A program made the position numbers and the translations under genes. A DNA stretch of 64,000 nt from a virus: IMG/VR virus record IMGVR_UViG_3300014720_000003, positions 1 to 64,000 of that record. One strand, given 5' to 3'. Positions 9,680 through 22,888 of this stretch are shown one piece after another. Below the pieces are notes generated by a model. That model was not told where the DNA came from, did not search any database, and was given only the letters and a program-made list of their open reading frames with translations. Position 1 is the first letter of the stretch; every line of letters begins with the position of its first letter.

Positions 9680-11247
9680 TAGTTATTGTCTTTACCAAGC
9701 CATTGAGGAAAATTGCTAATATCTAATGATCCTAACAAAAGCATAGATGGTTTTTCTGCTAGATTACGAATAGCATAACACTTATTGTGATTAGAATCAT
9801 AACCACAATCAATAATATCATACTCTGTTACACTATGCAACATTTGTATGAGAGTTTCAATATCGTTCATAATCAAGATGGAATTTGTTTATTCTCTGTG
9901 TTAGATAGGACATATTTGTTTAGTGTTGCTAGTTTACTATCGGCACTATCTAACAAATCAACATATTTCTTCAACTCTAACAACAGATCAGAATGTTCAC
10001 CAATTCCAACGGGTGAATTTAGGTATACTGATAATGTAGCAACCGCTTCGCTAATTTGAGCATTGTAATGATCCACAAGCGCTTTTGTAAAAGGATTCAT
10101 ATTTTCTTTCTAGGTTTTAGGTTCGTAATAATTATTTTTGATGAGTTCCACAACATATCGTGAAGTGTCTGGCACGTTGTTACCACCCATATAATAACTA
10201 GCAACGAAATCAAACAAACGTAGTAATTTTTGTTTCTCAACATACTCAGCATGATATGATTCGTATTCTAATCCAATATATTCTCCAATACTGTTAGAGA
10301 ATTTGATGATATTATCATATAATTGTTTGTTCATATATTCTCGTAGTTGCTCCAGTTTTTCTCTAGATACTCCAGCGTTAGTCTAGTTGTACCATCGTCG
10401 TAGAAACAGTCAAGGTCTGTCTGAGTAATTTTTTTATATTCTATGGGCCAAGTGTGCCACAAAACATTCATAACTGATTGACCATATCTCATATCTTCGT
10501 GTGAACCATATGTTTCATCAACAAGATCAAGAAATTTATCGAATGTCATGACGGAAAATAACAACTCCCCTCTAGTGGATCGTTATCGTGAGGATATTTA
10601 AATGGACCCAATATTTTTTGTCGCTGATTCTTTATGAACGATAAAGTATCATTAAAACAGTTTTCGCACAGATGAATATTGAATTGCTGTCCATCTTGAT
10701 CTGAGAAATAACCCCATGTAGCAATTAATTCAGCATACTCATGCTCTATTACTGGTTCAGTAATGCTACAAGATTCTCCACAACAATCACAGAGAATTGC
10801 ATCAATTACTTTTTTAAGTTCTGTTTTATAAGTTCTCATGTTACCAATGGAAAATAATGTTTGTTACTATAAATCCACACGTTATAAAATTAACTAGAAT
10901 AATACTAATCTTGATCCAAAATGCTGTCCATGCTTCTGCTTGTGTGAGAATAGGAATATCTGGTTTATCATAATCATCTTTACCAACTCTGTGATCTATT
11001 GCTCTTGCTAAAATAAGCAAATACCTATTCATAGAACGCTAATGCTTGTTGTGGGTTTCTGATTATTTTTATAGTTTTCTAGTTCTAGTTTGAGTCTCAC
11101 ACTAAACCTAATCCAAAATTCTATTTCTTCTTGCATATTTAATAATTCGCACTGAACATCCATTAATAATTCTGGTTGAACGGAACCATATTCATTGACC
11201 CAACTATCAAATTTCGACCAAATGTTTTGTCGTCTTTGATTATCCAT
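9679..11247 (-). other. run of 7 small hypothetical genes (9679-9876, 9873-10100, 10110-10334, 10331-10564, 10546-10839, 10841-11032, 11029-11247)
   Basis: Head-to-tail ORFs with overlapping start/stop codons. Confidence 0.6.
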
Positions 11248-11251
11248 GAAT

Positions 11252-11965
11252 TTATGTCCATAAGTGATGTCGGATTTTGATCAATTCGATCAACATCTTT
11301 GTATCTTCCTCGTCGTATTCTTCTTCTAGTTCATAAACTTTCTTATATAACTTCTGTTTACTTTTAACTTGTTTTGTGTCTGTTATATCCTCAATACCCA
11401 ATTCTGGATTATCAAAAGGATCTTTTCTTAGAGTACGTTTATATTTCCACCACTCATACAATTCTTTGATCTTGCGAGAACCTTTAGCCTGCTCTGTTAA
11501 TCGACCTTGGTGCTTTAGGTGATTCGCCCACTGAAAATAATCGTCCTGTGCTTGTTGGCAACGACCTTTTACAAACTTGTATTTTTTACCACCACTAGAG
11601 GCTGAAAGTTCCAACTCTACAAAATCCACCAACTCATTAAATAAACCATGAATTATACGATGATCAAGATCATAATACTCGCCGGGTTTTAGTCGAGTAT
11701 GAAGATACTGAATCTTATCAATGTATCTGTTACGAATATAGATTTTTACTGTTCTATAAACATCTAGTGGAAAATAGATGATATCTTGTAGTTTGTTAAG
11801 AAACTTTTCACTCAACCAATATCTAAATGGATGAAGTTTTTTCTGATCATCATGCCATTTGTCCCATTCGTTCCATTGTAGAGCAAGCGGTTTTTTATCG
11901 CCTCTAATCCAGTTGGCTAATCTTGAACTACTCCAGTAATGTATTCTACTTCTTATCAGTCTCAT
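11252..11965 (-). CDS. hypothetical phage protein
   Basis: 237-aa Trp-rich ORF. Confidence 0.7.
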   Translation of the reverse strand: MRLIRSRIHYWSSSRLANWIRGDKKPLALQWNEWDKWHDDQKKLHPFRYWLSEKFLNKLQDIIYFPLDVYRTVKIYIRNRYIDKIQYLHTRLKPGEYYDLDHRIIHGLFNELVDFVELELSASSGGKKYKFVKGRCQQAQDDYFQWANHLKHQGRLTEQAKGSRKIKELYEWWKYKRTLRKDPFDNPELGIEDITDTKQVKSKQKLYKKVYELEEEYDEEDTKMLIELIKIRHHLWT

Positions 11966-12303
11966 AAATCACCATTTATTCTGGGTTCGTATGGTTTCAC
12001 GATCCATCCTAATCTTATAAGATCAAGACGAACCTCATCTGTAACAACACTTTCTGGCACATATCCATTTTTTTTACTATATATGCCAGAACAATAGTAA
12101 TCCATATAATCACCCTTGTTATCAACTAACTCTGCGACTAATCCTCCAGCGTAACGCCAAGAGCAAGTCCATTCATTGTCTCCGTAAAAAAATCTGTTAT
12201 TACACAATGCAGCATATAAGTTTTGAGCATAAATGTTACTATTTTTGCATTTTGCTACAATTGTTTCACTAGAAAGTAGATCGTGTTCTAGGTCTGGTTT
12301 CAT
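11962..12303 (-). CDS. hypothetical phage protein
   Basis: Coupled ORF with YAQNLYAALCN and DYMDYYCSG. Confidence 0.7.
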   Translation of the reverse strand: MKPDLEHDLLSSETIVAKCKNSNIYAQNLYAALCNNRFFYGDNEWTCSWRYAGGLVAELVDNKGDYMDYYCSGIYSKKNGYVPESVVTDEVRLDLIRLGWIVKPYEPRINGDL

Positions 12304-12743
12304 GATTTTTCTCTACAACTTTCACACAGGGTTGTTATCCATCCGCCTTTATTTGCTTTTCCTTTATTTCCACAAACTTCGCAAACTTTGTACGAAAATG
12401 CTTCGGCCATGCTCACAAGACCCTCCACATAATCATCGCCCCCACTAAAATATAGTCGGAGTCCACCATACTTTTCTTTAACTTGATCGAATTTTACGGG
12501 AAAATACTCTGGTTCAGAGGCTAGTCTTTCTGGTTCATTCTTTTCTAAGTATTCTTTTCTCCATCTTTTATTATCTTCGTGTTGTTGTATCATCCAACAA
12601 ACACTACTGATAATTTCATACCAGCCAAAATTACACTCTATGCCAAAACTCATACAACTTTGCATAGGAGTTTTATTTCTATTCTGGAATAGATTTGGAT
12701 ATTTCTCGTAAAGAGAGTTCCAGTTTTTTGTTTCGTCACTCAT
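12300..12743 (-). CDS. hypothetical phage protein with C-terminal zinc finger
   Basis: QVKEKYGGLRLY; CEVCG...LCESC. Confidence 0.7.
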   Translation of the reverse strand: MSDETKNWNSLYEKYPNLFQNRNKTPMQSCMSFGIECNFGWYEIISSVCWMIQQHEDNKRWRKEYLEKNEPERLASEPEYFPVKFDQVKEKYGGLRLYFSGGDDYVEGLVSMAEAFSYKVCEVCGNKGKANKGGWITTLCESCREKS

Positions 12744-14481
12744 TGTGAGTCTCCATAATTTTTATCTAATGGTTGAGATACTATCTTTTGAATTGAGTTT
12801 GTTATAGTTTTATCTATTTCAAGTCTGTTATTATGAAGTTTCACAATATATTCTGCTGTTTCTTGATCCAATGATCCAGCATCCACAATAGAGTATTCAT
12901 GTTTAACATCTGGACTTTCTGGATGGTTATAATAGATTGGCTCTACAGGAACTATGATTCTGCACCAACAGTCTGGCCCGCTAAAACATTCCATAGTTTT
13001 CCACTTAACTAAAAAAGAAAGTTCTCTTGATTGTTCAAAGTTCATGGCGATTCTCGTAAAGTTTAGGCATCCAAATTTTTAACCACTCACTATTACCACT
13101 TCGCCTTCCCAAGTCTAGATCAATGCTCTTTCGCTCATCATAACTCAACGCCCAATATCTGTCAATAGCGAATTTTTCCCACTCTCTAGCATCATAGTCA
13201 CTAACAGCGTCTAAAAACTGAGAATCGTTTCTGGCTCGGTAGTTATCATATAAATATTCAAATACGTCACGAACCGCAACAAATTTAGTATTACTATCAA
13301 GGTCATCCCAATAGGTTTTAATCCAATCTTGAACTGCTCCTGGCACATAAGTCATACGCCCAAGAGAGTATCTCAAAGCACAAGTAACCATAACGCCACC
13401 ATTAACATCACAATTGAATGATGGTTTGTTATTTTTCTTGGTTTTCATTCTAGCCCCAATTCTTGATCTAGTTCGCTTAGTTTTTCCAGAGCCTTATATC
13501 TTTGATAGTTCAACCCTGCCACAAAACCACATTCAAAATAGTAGTAATCGTTCTTATCTCCCTCATTATCCATAGTTATCCAAATTTCTTTGGCTAATTG
13601 TCTGGCTTCGCTATAATGCTGTCTCATTTTATTTAGTAGTTCTTCGCTAGCCATTATCGTTACCCGTACTAAAATTAACCATCTTACCATCCCTAACAGT
13701 AAATACCTTAACTTGTCCAGATGATCTGATATAATCTCGCCCACCATCAATCATATTACCATTATCAAAACTCTTATAATCGTGGCGACTCTGACTATAC
13801 TCAAGACTTCCATCATCATTCTCTACCATACCAAAAGTAAAGTTCTCAATCTGGTCAGCATTACCAATATACGGAGTATCACCACGAAAAAAAATAGCAA
13901 AATATCTGTTACCAAAATCTGGATGCGGAGTTTCCCTATAAAAAACATCTGCCACAAAATCTCTAAACTCTGTGGTACAAACGTGTTTTACTGGAGTACC
14001 ATCCTTTTCTGAATAGAGTTCCTCAACTTTTTTCGTATTGGTAAGTGGATAGTGTTTAATATTCATACAACCAATCGTCCCAGTAGATTCTTAATAGTCT
14101 CACTAATATTCACACCATTCACAATCAAGTCAAGATCATATCTACTACCGGGAAAATGCGGATCGGTTGGACTATGCTTTTCCACATAATCCATAGCCCT
14201 ATTGTAACACCAGTAAATAGCGTATCGTTCATCCTCATTTAATACTGTAACAATCTTATCATCGCTCATCAGAACATTCTTTCGATCTTATGGGGTTTAT
14301 TTTCCACAATCTCTATTATAACATCAACACAGCCTTTAATTTCATTCAGAGCATCAACAATAGTTTTATAATTATCGTTGCTAATCCTATTATCTTTGAT
14401 CTTTACTTCACCAATAGTATGGGCAGAAGTTTTAATTATTTGTGCCAGTTCTAGCAAATCTTTTTTATCTAGTTCGTTCAT
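12740..14481 (-). other. run of hypothetical genes (12740-13045, 13035-13448, 13445-13654, 13647-14066, 14063-14269, 14269-14481)
   Basis: Overlapping start/stop codons. Confidence 0.6.
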
Positions 14482-14500
14482 AATTTTTCTTTTGTATTGA

Positions 14501-14602
14501 AATCGCCCCCATTATTGAGCGTAATTCATCGGTGCGGGAAATCCCGACTAATAGATGAACCAGAGGCTCAGGACGATACCATTAGCGATCAACCTAATGG
14601 TG
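14501..14602 (-). ncRNA. candidate structured intergenic RNA
   Basis: ACCATTAG/CTAATGGT hairpin followed by a rod of nested stems ATCGTCC/GGGCGAT, GAGC/GCTC, TTCATC/GATGAA, CGGGA/TCCCG. Confidence 0.4.
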
Positions 14603-14623
14603 GTTGTTGATTCAACTCTTGTT

Positions 14624-17341
14624 TTATTGTATTTCCTTTCCTATCTCATAGCCATCTTCGTATCCATCAGAATATCCATTATCAATACCTTTATCATATG
14701 CTGCTTGTAGCCAAACCTTAATTTGCTGCCAGTTATCAACAGAGTCTTTAGGATTCACTACAAGGTCATCATAAATTCTCTCCATTCGTAAAGAGAATCC
14801 TTCAGTCTCATTTAACCACTCATCAAAAGTATCACTCATAGAGCCTCGTAATTCTTCTCGATAATATTTGCAATAGTCTTAAACTTTCGCCCAGTATCAT
14901 TCAAGTCTGCTAGAGAATATTCACCCTCATTAAAAAAATCATTATTATTAGTAATTTTAAGAGGAAACATACCAATACTATCCTGTATTCCAGACCACTT
15001 CATAACTTCTCTAGGAAGATCGTCCCTTTTTCCACCAAATCTACAATACCCATGAGAAAAGTCCATATCGTTATCATAAACCTTTTCGGATAGAGTCTTT
15101 TTCTTACTCTTTCTCATACTATCATTATACAGTTCGCAAAGAACCCCAAGACAACAATGTTGGGTATTTCCCTTGCTATTGTATTGCTTGAGAGTCCCAT
15201 GACCCTGTTTAAACTTACCAGATCGAAGGGCTTGTACCCACTTTTTCATTACATCTTTACGCATCACTTACTCCTTATTCCGATCCCAATGTTTCGTCTA
15301 GTTTATTTAAAAGATCTATTGCTTTTAGCCTTTTGTGATTGTTAATCATAAATAACAAAGATTCGCACAAAGATTCTAGTTCGTACAAATCTAATCTCAT
15401 ATCATACTTTTCATTACTATAATTACTCAAGCGAATAAGAAACGGCTTGGATGATACCACATCATTGTATAGTACCTCCACAATATCTTCGCTCAAACCC
15501 AATAGTTTTTTAGTGTTCATATCAACTATTCATCTTGATTTTCTTCTGCTTGGACAGTCTATTAAGAATATCAATATACTTCATAGCATCATCTTTGGTA
15601 TCAAATTCAGTCACAATACTCTGACCATCACTCTTGGGCAGATTAAGTGGTTCGCCATTCTTGGTAACAACAAACTTGCCGCTCTTAATAATCACATCCA
15701 AAATATTACTCATCACCATCACTCTCCTCTTTGTTAAAAAAATCAATAATCTTATCAAACTCTTTTTGGATTTGTTTCTGCTGTTTCAAACTACAGGTAG
15801 TTGTGTCTTTGTTTGAGACTTTCAATTTTACCACACCATCAATAATTGGAGGCTCATAATCAGAGCATATCCACTTGAGATTTTCATGACTCTCAAAAAA
15901 ATCGTTATCAATTTCGTCAAGACCTTCATAAACATCATCTTCATTATCCGCCTCTATAACGAAAGATGCTCGTTTAGCCTCTACATAATTCATTGTGACC
16001 AGAAATTTAGGCATTAGTTGTCTCCAAAAGGGTAGAGGTAGTATACAACACCTATCGGCATTGTCAATGGTCAGACTTCACAAAATCCTTTATAAAGTCT
16101 GCTAATTTTAGCAGTTCATCTTTGGTTGTTGGTGGAGAGACTCTTGTGCTGGAGAAAATAATATCATAATCAATAATGTCTGACTGTTCATATTTTGCCA
16201 ACCAAAACGTAAAGTGTTCTGTCTGGTATTTTTCTTTTCTTTTAATCATGGGTCAAAATCCAGCATTTCTTGTCCATCTTCACTCTCATAACCATAAGTG
16301 GTATCTTCAACAATTTGTTTTACTTCATCCCGATAATCTTCATCAGAATGAGCATACAACCATTCGTCAAGTAATTTATCGGCTAATCCAATATTAACAT
16401 ATAGACAAAATTCTTCGGGCCACTCGTTTGTGGGCTTCCTAAAAATTTCTCTCAATTCATACGGTTGGTAAGTGTCAAAAATATTCATGATAAGTTTTTA
16501 TCCTTCCATTTCCTATTAGTTCTCAAATAATCAATAATATTAGTAGCCACATTACTAGCAGCATTATCATAATGATAACTAGCCTCAATCATGCTGCGAA
16601 TAGTCCACTTTTCATCATCTGTTAGTCGAGTAAATTCATCTGGATCATATTCTTGCTCAATATAGTCTGCTACATAGCCCACATAATCGCCCCAGGAAGA
16701 ATTGTTATTATCCATTATAAAGTCCCACTGTCAGACCACCTTTGTTATAATACTCGCCCCTATTGTACGCTGGAAACGGCCTGGATGATGTTCCATCGGC
16801 AAAGTCTGGATCAATCTTCTTGATAAAGTTATCAGTATATTCGCAACCAATCCAAAAGTCACTAAAACTCTTAGTTTGTTCAACACTATTATCACGAACC
16901 ACAACAAAAGTCCAGTTCATTTGTACCTCATGCTATTAAGAAGTTGCTTTTGAATAATTTGTTCAAACACATCACCAAGACAATTTCCAGTTCCAGTATA
17001 ATGATCTATACCATCTGGCCCATCATACATACTCCAATGATACTCACCATTTCTGTACCAGATTTCTATACTCATTGAATCGCCCACTTTAAATCTCTAG
17101 GGTGAGTTTCGCTTGCTTCTCTGATGCTAGGAAGATAATAAAAATCGTAAATCTGTTGCCATGTTGGGAACTCATAAAATGGTTCACCTTCATTTACGCA
17201 CAATCCACTGTTATCATAAACATCATAAAAATCTACTTTGCGATTATCATAGTCCTCAATACTGTTGTAACAAGCAAATACGTTGTAGATTCCGTATGGA
17301 ACAGTTTTGTCATAAATATAAGATGCTACCTGTTCTGTCAT
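14624..17341 (-). other. run of about 11 small hypothetical genes, many acidic
   Basis: Contiguous minus-strand ORFs 14624-14839, 14836-15267, 15275-15520, 15522-15719, 15706-16014, 16064-16249, 16246-16488, 16485-16715, 16708-16920, 17072-17341. Confidence 0.6.
16040..16080 (-). promoter_or_regulatory. composite early promoter
   Basis: TTGACA-16-TATACT plus TGAA-N17-GCCGATA. Confidence 0.7.
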
Positions 17342-17366
17342 AGTTGTTCTCCAATGGGTTGCTCAG

Positions 17367-17406
17367 AGTATACCACAGTATCGGCAGTTGTCAAGCCGAA
17401 TCTTTA
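17367..17406 (-). promoter_or_regulatory. composite early promoter
   Basis: TTGACA-16-TATACT plus TAAA-N17-GCCGATA. Confidence 0.75.
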
Positions 17407-17410
17407 GAGA

Positions 17411-17956
17411 TTATTTGGAACTTCGTGGATGACCCTTTGGAAGAAGATCGTTATCCTGAACATAGTTTGGATTTGAGGGCCGACCATTTCTTAGCAAATA
17501 TAAAAATGCGTTAACTCTTGCTATTGCCCATCCATCCCTACTCATTTTAGGAGCATGACTAGTGCTAAATGCTCCTGCTCCTCTTCTATAAACAGCCTTT
17601 AACATACCAAGAGTAGCCTTACTACCCTTATCTTTTTTATTATGTTCAGTAACTAATGCTTGTAATCTTTTAATTACTAATTCATCAAGAGTTATTTTAC
17701 CCTTGTCATCTTTTGCACTATCTGGTTTGTTTTTCTTTGATCCTTTTTTCTGGTCTTTTTTAGGGGCTGGAGTTTTGCGTGGATCATTTGGTCCGGGTTT
17801 TCCATATTGTAAAGCATTTGCTTCGTCGCCTTTACCATACTTACAATGCTGGCGACAACTAAAGCCTGGAACTTGATTTTTACCACAATTACAATAACTC
17901 ATATCCTTAGATGATACATAGTCTTGAATTGCTTGTAAATATTTATTGGTACGCAT
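17411..17956 (-). CDS. basic hypothetical protein (DUF5824-like C-terminal domain)
   Basis: LKAVYRRGAGAF..SH.P......WA.ARVNAFL; GGAGG RBS; GGTGTAA motif upstream. Confidence 0.6.
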   Translation of the reverse strand: MRTNKYLQAIQDYVSSKDMSYCNCGKNQVPGFSCRQHCKYGKGDEANALQYGKPGPNDPRKTPAPKKDQKKGSKKNKPDSAKDDKGKITLDELVIKRLQALVTEHNKKDKGSKATLGMLKAVYRRGAGAFSTSHAPKMSRDGWAIARVNAFLYLLRNGRPSNPNYVQDNDLLPKGHPRSSK

Positions 17957-17976
17957 ACACAGCCTCCTACCGTATA

Positions 17977-20051
17977 TTACACCATATTAATGGGTTTTTC
18001 CACCATGTTATTAATAAAATCGGCCAACCCCATTAATTCATTCTTTGTAACAAAATTAAAAGTGGTAATGTCCCAACTAATAGTATTACTAATAGTAACT
18101 TGGTACAAATCATCCACAAGATGTTCAACATCAAATCTGTAAACATCAAGTTTGTGAAAATCTTTTTTGATTAGTGGACTGCTCATTAAACACCCTCTTT
18201 AATACATCTGGTTATATTCCTAATATTAACACCCACAATACGATCAGTATCAAACTCCTTAATAAGTTCAATACTAAGATTGTCTAATAGTGGCTCAACA
18301 TAAAAATCTGTGTTACAATCCCAAAAAACATGGAGAGTATCACCACCCACATTGTAATCAACATATGGTTTACACGATTCAGTAATAGGATTATCCTCGA
18401 TATATTGATCCACCATAGTTTTCCATTCTTCCGCACTAACTGAGCGAGTGGTATACTTTAGTGGATTTTTATAATCACCCCAACCCATTTTGCTATACAA
18501 AACCCCCATACTATCATCCAAATCATTTATACTATCATCTAGTGTTTTTGGAAGCATCCAATCAAATAGACTAAAAAATCCCTTTAGAAAACCGTTCATT
18601 CTTCTATTCCTCTTATCGTTTGGTACAACTCTATAGCAATATTTTCTAGTTGGTCGATAATAGTGGTAACTTCATATTGACCCATTATTTATTCTCCAGT
18701 AGCATCATCAATATACCAATCATATTCACCCTCTCTTGCAAAACCCTTCAAATCTTCACTAAGACTATCAATAGCAAAAGTAGCATCCTCACTATTAGCA
18801 TCTTCGATTTCTGGAAAGTCAAATACTACAAAAACTTTCATTATTTATTCTCCAAATACTTATTAAGTAAGTTATATAATCCTATATATAGAGCCGGGAA
18901 TAAAAGCAACAAATCTTGTAAATCAAAATGGGAATGTGAACATGGACACAGCCCAATCATGTGAAGAATGTAATTGATCATTATTTATTCCCAAATAGGG
19001 ATCAACGGAATCAACCAAGTATACCACACTATCGACACTTGTCAAGAGTCTATTGAATCAAAATCCAACAGGTCTGGATTAATTAGGTCAATCATATAAT
19101 CTTTCATCATAGCACATAGCATCTCATAATCTTCCGATGACAACCAAATATCTTCTACTATACGATCCACAAGATCACAAACTTGGTCAAAGTTATTTTT
19201 ATCTAGAGTTTGGTATTCTTTTTTAAGAAAAACTTGCATTAAAAGATCTTTTCAATTTTATGGGGTTTATTTTCCACAATCTCAATTATAACATCAGCAC
19301 ATCCAGTAATATCCTCAAGAATTAATGGAGTATCTGCTTCTAAGTCTTGAATAGCCTCAATTTGAACAACACAGTCTTTGATTAAGTTGGCTAATTCCAA
19401 CAAGTCTTTTTTATCAAGATCGTTCATTCTTTATCCTTATGCACGATAGTTAACAGTCCCAAAATAATTATCCATCCCATATTAGGAGGAAAACTATATT
19501 GTGATTTTTCCATAAAGTTCATTAGTGTTCCCAATAAAACACTAAAATAGAAACTAACATGAAGAATATTATAAGTTGAAAATTTACCCATATTGAGTCC
19601 ATCGTCGCTCAGTAATAATATTTTTATACTTTTCGCCCGCAGGAGTTAGTTGAACCATGCCACCCACACAAAAAATGCACCCATCCTTATCATTAGGATT
19701 ATCATACCTATCACCACCATCAATATCATAGTGGTCAAAATAAAGAGTTAGGCCAGTTTTCTCATAAAAAGCATTTTTAAGGTCTGCGACAAGATGATTA
19801 TATTTCTCACTAATTTCTTCTGCTACCTTTTGATTGTATTCATCGTCACGACTATCATCATAACAATTATCCAAAATAGCATCTTCTACATAGGAAATAT
19901 CGTCCCAACCTAACCATTGGCCCATAACGCCCCAGCCAATATGCTTGAAAAACTTCTCGTTCTCAATAGACTCAATTTGTTCTGGACAGATTTTCTTCAA
20001 ATCATCGTACCCAACAACAAAACTACTTACTGCAAAACTTCCACTTCCCAT
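17977..20051 (-). other. hypothetical genes (17977-18186, 18186-18599, 18689-18841, 19042-19239, 19239-19427, 19584-20051)
   Basis: Minus-strand ORFs; 19239-19427 is a paralog of 14269-14481. Confidence 0.6.
19018..19056 (-). promoter_or_regulatory. composite early promoter
   Basis: TTGACA-16-TATACT plus TCAA-N16-GTCGATA. Confidence 0.7.
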
Positions 20052-21878
20052 TAGTTATTCTCCTAAATTTGTGGGTTGTTTACCCAATAGTTATTGATTC
20101 TTTTGATTCTTGTGGGATTTGTTTCCCATTTACTTTAATTGATGCTTTGATTGTACGTTTTGGTGGGCTTGATTTCCCTAAGACGATTAAGAATAATGGT
20201 CAAATTTTTGGCTTCTGGCACAATTTTTTCGTGCAAAGTTTGATTAATAACGGTCTTTAAAATACAAATTTCCTTGTCAGTGAGAAGCACGTTTCGATAC
20301 ATAAATATTCATTTTCCTCGACAAATATTAAGAAAAATACCACTAGTCCTAGTAGTAGAGTATACCACAGGAGCGAGGGTTGTCAAGGTGGTTTATCGGC
20401 CATTTCTCTAAGTGGCCTTTAACCATTTTTTACCACCGGCAAATTCAATAAGTAAAAATACGCCGATTTTATTGAGAAACAGATGATATCCCCTCATTTT
20501 CTGGCGCTTTTGGCTCAGAGTAGGATTCAGAAGATGTATAAATGGGGGTTTTATAAGATAGATTAATATAATATTCAACAATATAGCGACTAGAAATCAC
20601 AGCAAACAGTGTTACTAGACCCACAACAATTAAACTTTTGATAAAAGGCTTGTGAAATTCTTCAGTTATCATTTTTGCTCCTATTTATATAAATGGTGGA
20701 AATTATGCAGAAAAGAAGTGTGAGTGATAAAAATATCCAACAAACAGTTTCATTCATGGTCGTCAGTCTTTTTGGAGTATGAGTAGTCTAAGTAGGAATA
20801 GAGGGAACCCCAAAGTATTAGACAAATTGAAATTATAATGGGGCCGTAATCTCTCATGTGACCCAGGGGATTATCTTTCATACTTTCTTTTCTTATCTGG
20901 AAAATTCTTGATAAAATCTGGATACTCGTTGGTTACTGTGGGACTAGTGGCACTTGGTTTCAATAGAAGATAAAGAATCCAAATATAAATACTAGTAGTA
21001 AGAACCAATCCCAAAAATGAAATCATCTTAATCTCCTTTTTTTCGCTGACTATGAGCAACTCGGGCAAACTTATTAGTTAAGGTAAAACAACTGACTACC
21101 AAACTTGACTGACTGCGACCATTTCGACCAAATCTATTAGATTGAGTGAGACAATTATGCCTCATGGTTCTGATATTCTAGTTTTGGAATCAGACTACTA
21201 TCATCGGTGGTGATAGTTTTAATATCTATGATTAGTAATTTATTTTGTATATTCTCCTTATTGATCTGAATGAGTTTATTAATCTCTCCAATAATTTTTT
21301 CTGCCGAGATGGATTTATCTAATTTATATGCTCTCATGTTTCGCTGACTACGACCAAAAAAACCAAACCTAAAAGGTTGGCTGGGACAGGTGGGACTTCC
21401 TGCTAAGAATATGATAGATCAAATGATCTCTCTCTGGAGCGTGAAAAATTTTATGCTGCTCACTATGATTTTAAGTTTTAAGTATTAAAATACATTTGAA
21501 TGATCGTGGAAACTCTTATCATAAGAACACACATAAAAAGTTTTTTCACTTGACAGATTCTTGGCGATCTGATATATATTATGCAGAGGGGAGCAGTAAT
21601 ACTCTACTAACTACTCTTAATAACACTCACCCCCTGCACAACACCAAGAACGATAGACAAACAAATAACAGCGGTAATAATTAATCTCCTTAACAAAAGG
21701 TAAAGTTGACAAACCGCGCGCACCCTCCCATTATACAGTATCGGCCTGTGAACGCAAACCCTTGTGGGACCAGGGGTTAGATAACTGGCTGGATTTGGGC
21801 CAATTTACGAAAGTTTTTGAGATGATAATAAGTGGTGTATAGTATCCATAGAGATACCCTACATTCGGAGAATCATTC

Positions 21879-22202
21879 ATGGCATTTAATCCCAGCCCCA
21901 CAGGATATTTTAACGGAATAGTAACATTAGCATCAGGTGCCCCGACTCCTAGTAGCGGAGTATTCTTTCCATATTCTGCATTTGAAAGTTATAATGCTAG
22001 TACTAGTGGTGATATTAGACAGTTAGTATATTCATTTATTGAGAATATCTATGATGAATATGATTCTCTAGCATCAGCAGATAAACCATCAAAATTATCC
22101 ATATCAAGAACATCCACAGTTCCAGAAGATAATATTATTCGTAATACTTATAATCTGGTTATTAATCTAGGATATAGTGGACTACTGGTTGTTGATGAGT
22201 AA
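21879..22202 (+). CDS. hypothetical protein, possibly late/virion-associated
   Basis: Isolated plus-strand ORF with GGAG RBS and upstream GGTGTAT motif at 21834. Confidence 0.65.
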   Translation: MAFNPSPTGYFNGIVTLASGAPTPSSGVFFPYSAFESYNASTSGDIRQLVYSFIENIYDEYDSLASADKPSKLSISRTSTVPEDNIIRNTYNLVINLGYSGLLVVDE

Positions 22203-22445
22203 TATTACTCCTTTTTCTTTTATGAATTTGGCGACCATTCGGGATAGATCATTTTATACAACCCAGGAAAAGTATCCATTAAATCTCTTCTCTGCTTAAT
22301 ATCCATAGTACTAAGCAAACGCTCAAGTACAACCCTAATCTGATAGGGACTCATATTATCCAGACTAGGTTTGTGATCCTTTCCCACTAGACTATAATCA
22401 GTTCTCATTTTCTTTCCTTTCTGCATAAATAGAAACATACTTTTG

Positions 22446-22490
22446 GCTGACTACCAGCAACGGCAGCAAATCCGTAGGATTGGGCAAGAC
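22446..22490. repeat. GCTGACTA-N14/15-AATCCGTAGGATT element, copy 1 of 4 (others at 24950, 27668, 30151)
   Basis: Near-identical 45-bp element with palindromic core AATCC-GTA-GGATT. Confidence 0.85.
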
Positions 22491-22826
22491 AAATAAGGGT
22501 GGCAGGGCGGCCGATGCAACTACTAATCGTGCGGGAGTTAGTAGATGGCTAGTAGGTGGCATAACTAGGAAGATCATAAGTGTGATTTAGAAATAACAGA
22601 ATTTTATACAAACTCTTTCACTCTTTTATCCATCCTAATAGTAGTCATAAACCCTTACAGGATAGGCACTTACATCCATTGTATCGTCCACGCTCCAGGG
22701 TTGCAACCAGCATATTTAAGATTCTTTCGCAAAGTTTCCCCAATCGCAACCTTAAGAAATTGTAATTTGACATTTTGGCAGGCCGGGCGGCCGATCTGCC
22801 ATTTTGGCAGTCAACATATGAACGCA

Positions 22827-22860
22827 GAAAAGCCGCCGCAGGATTTCTCCCACGGCGGCT
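22827..22860 (-). terminator. rho-independent terminator
   Basis: AGCCGCCG stem / CGGCGGCT followed by TTTT, downstream of the DUF932 gene. Confidence 0.7.
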
Positions 22861-22888
22861 CTCACCGCGACACCCCACGAAAGGAAGG

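Noticed and set aside
22647-22673. Imperfect palindrome TAAACCCT-N8-AGGCACTTA
   Set aside because: Single weak copy, so no function can be supported
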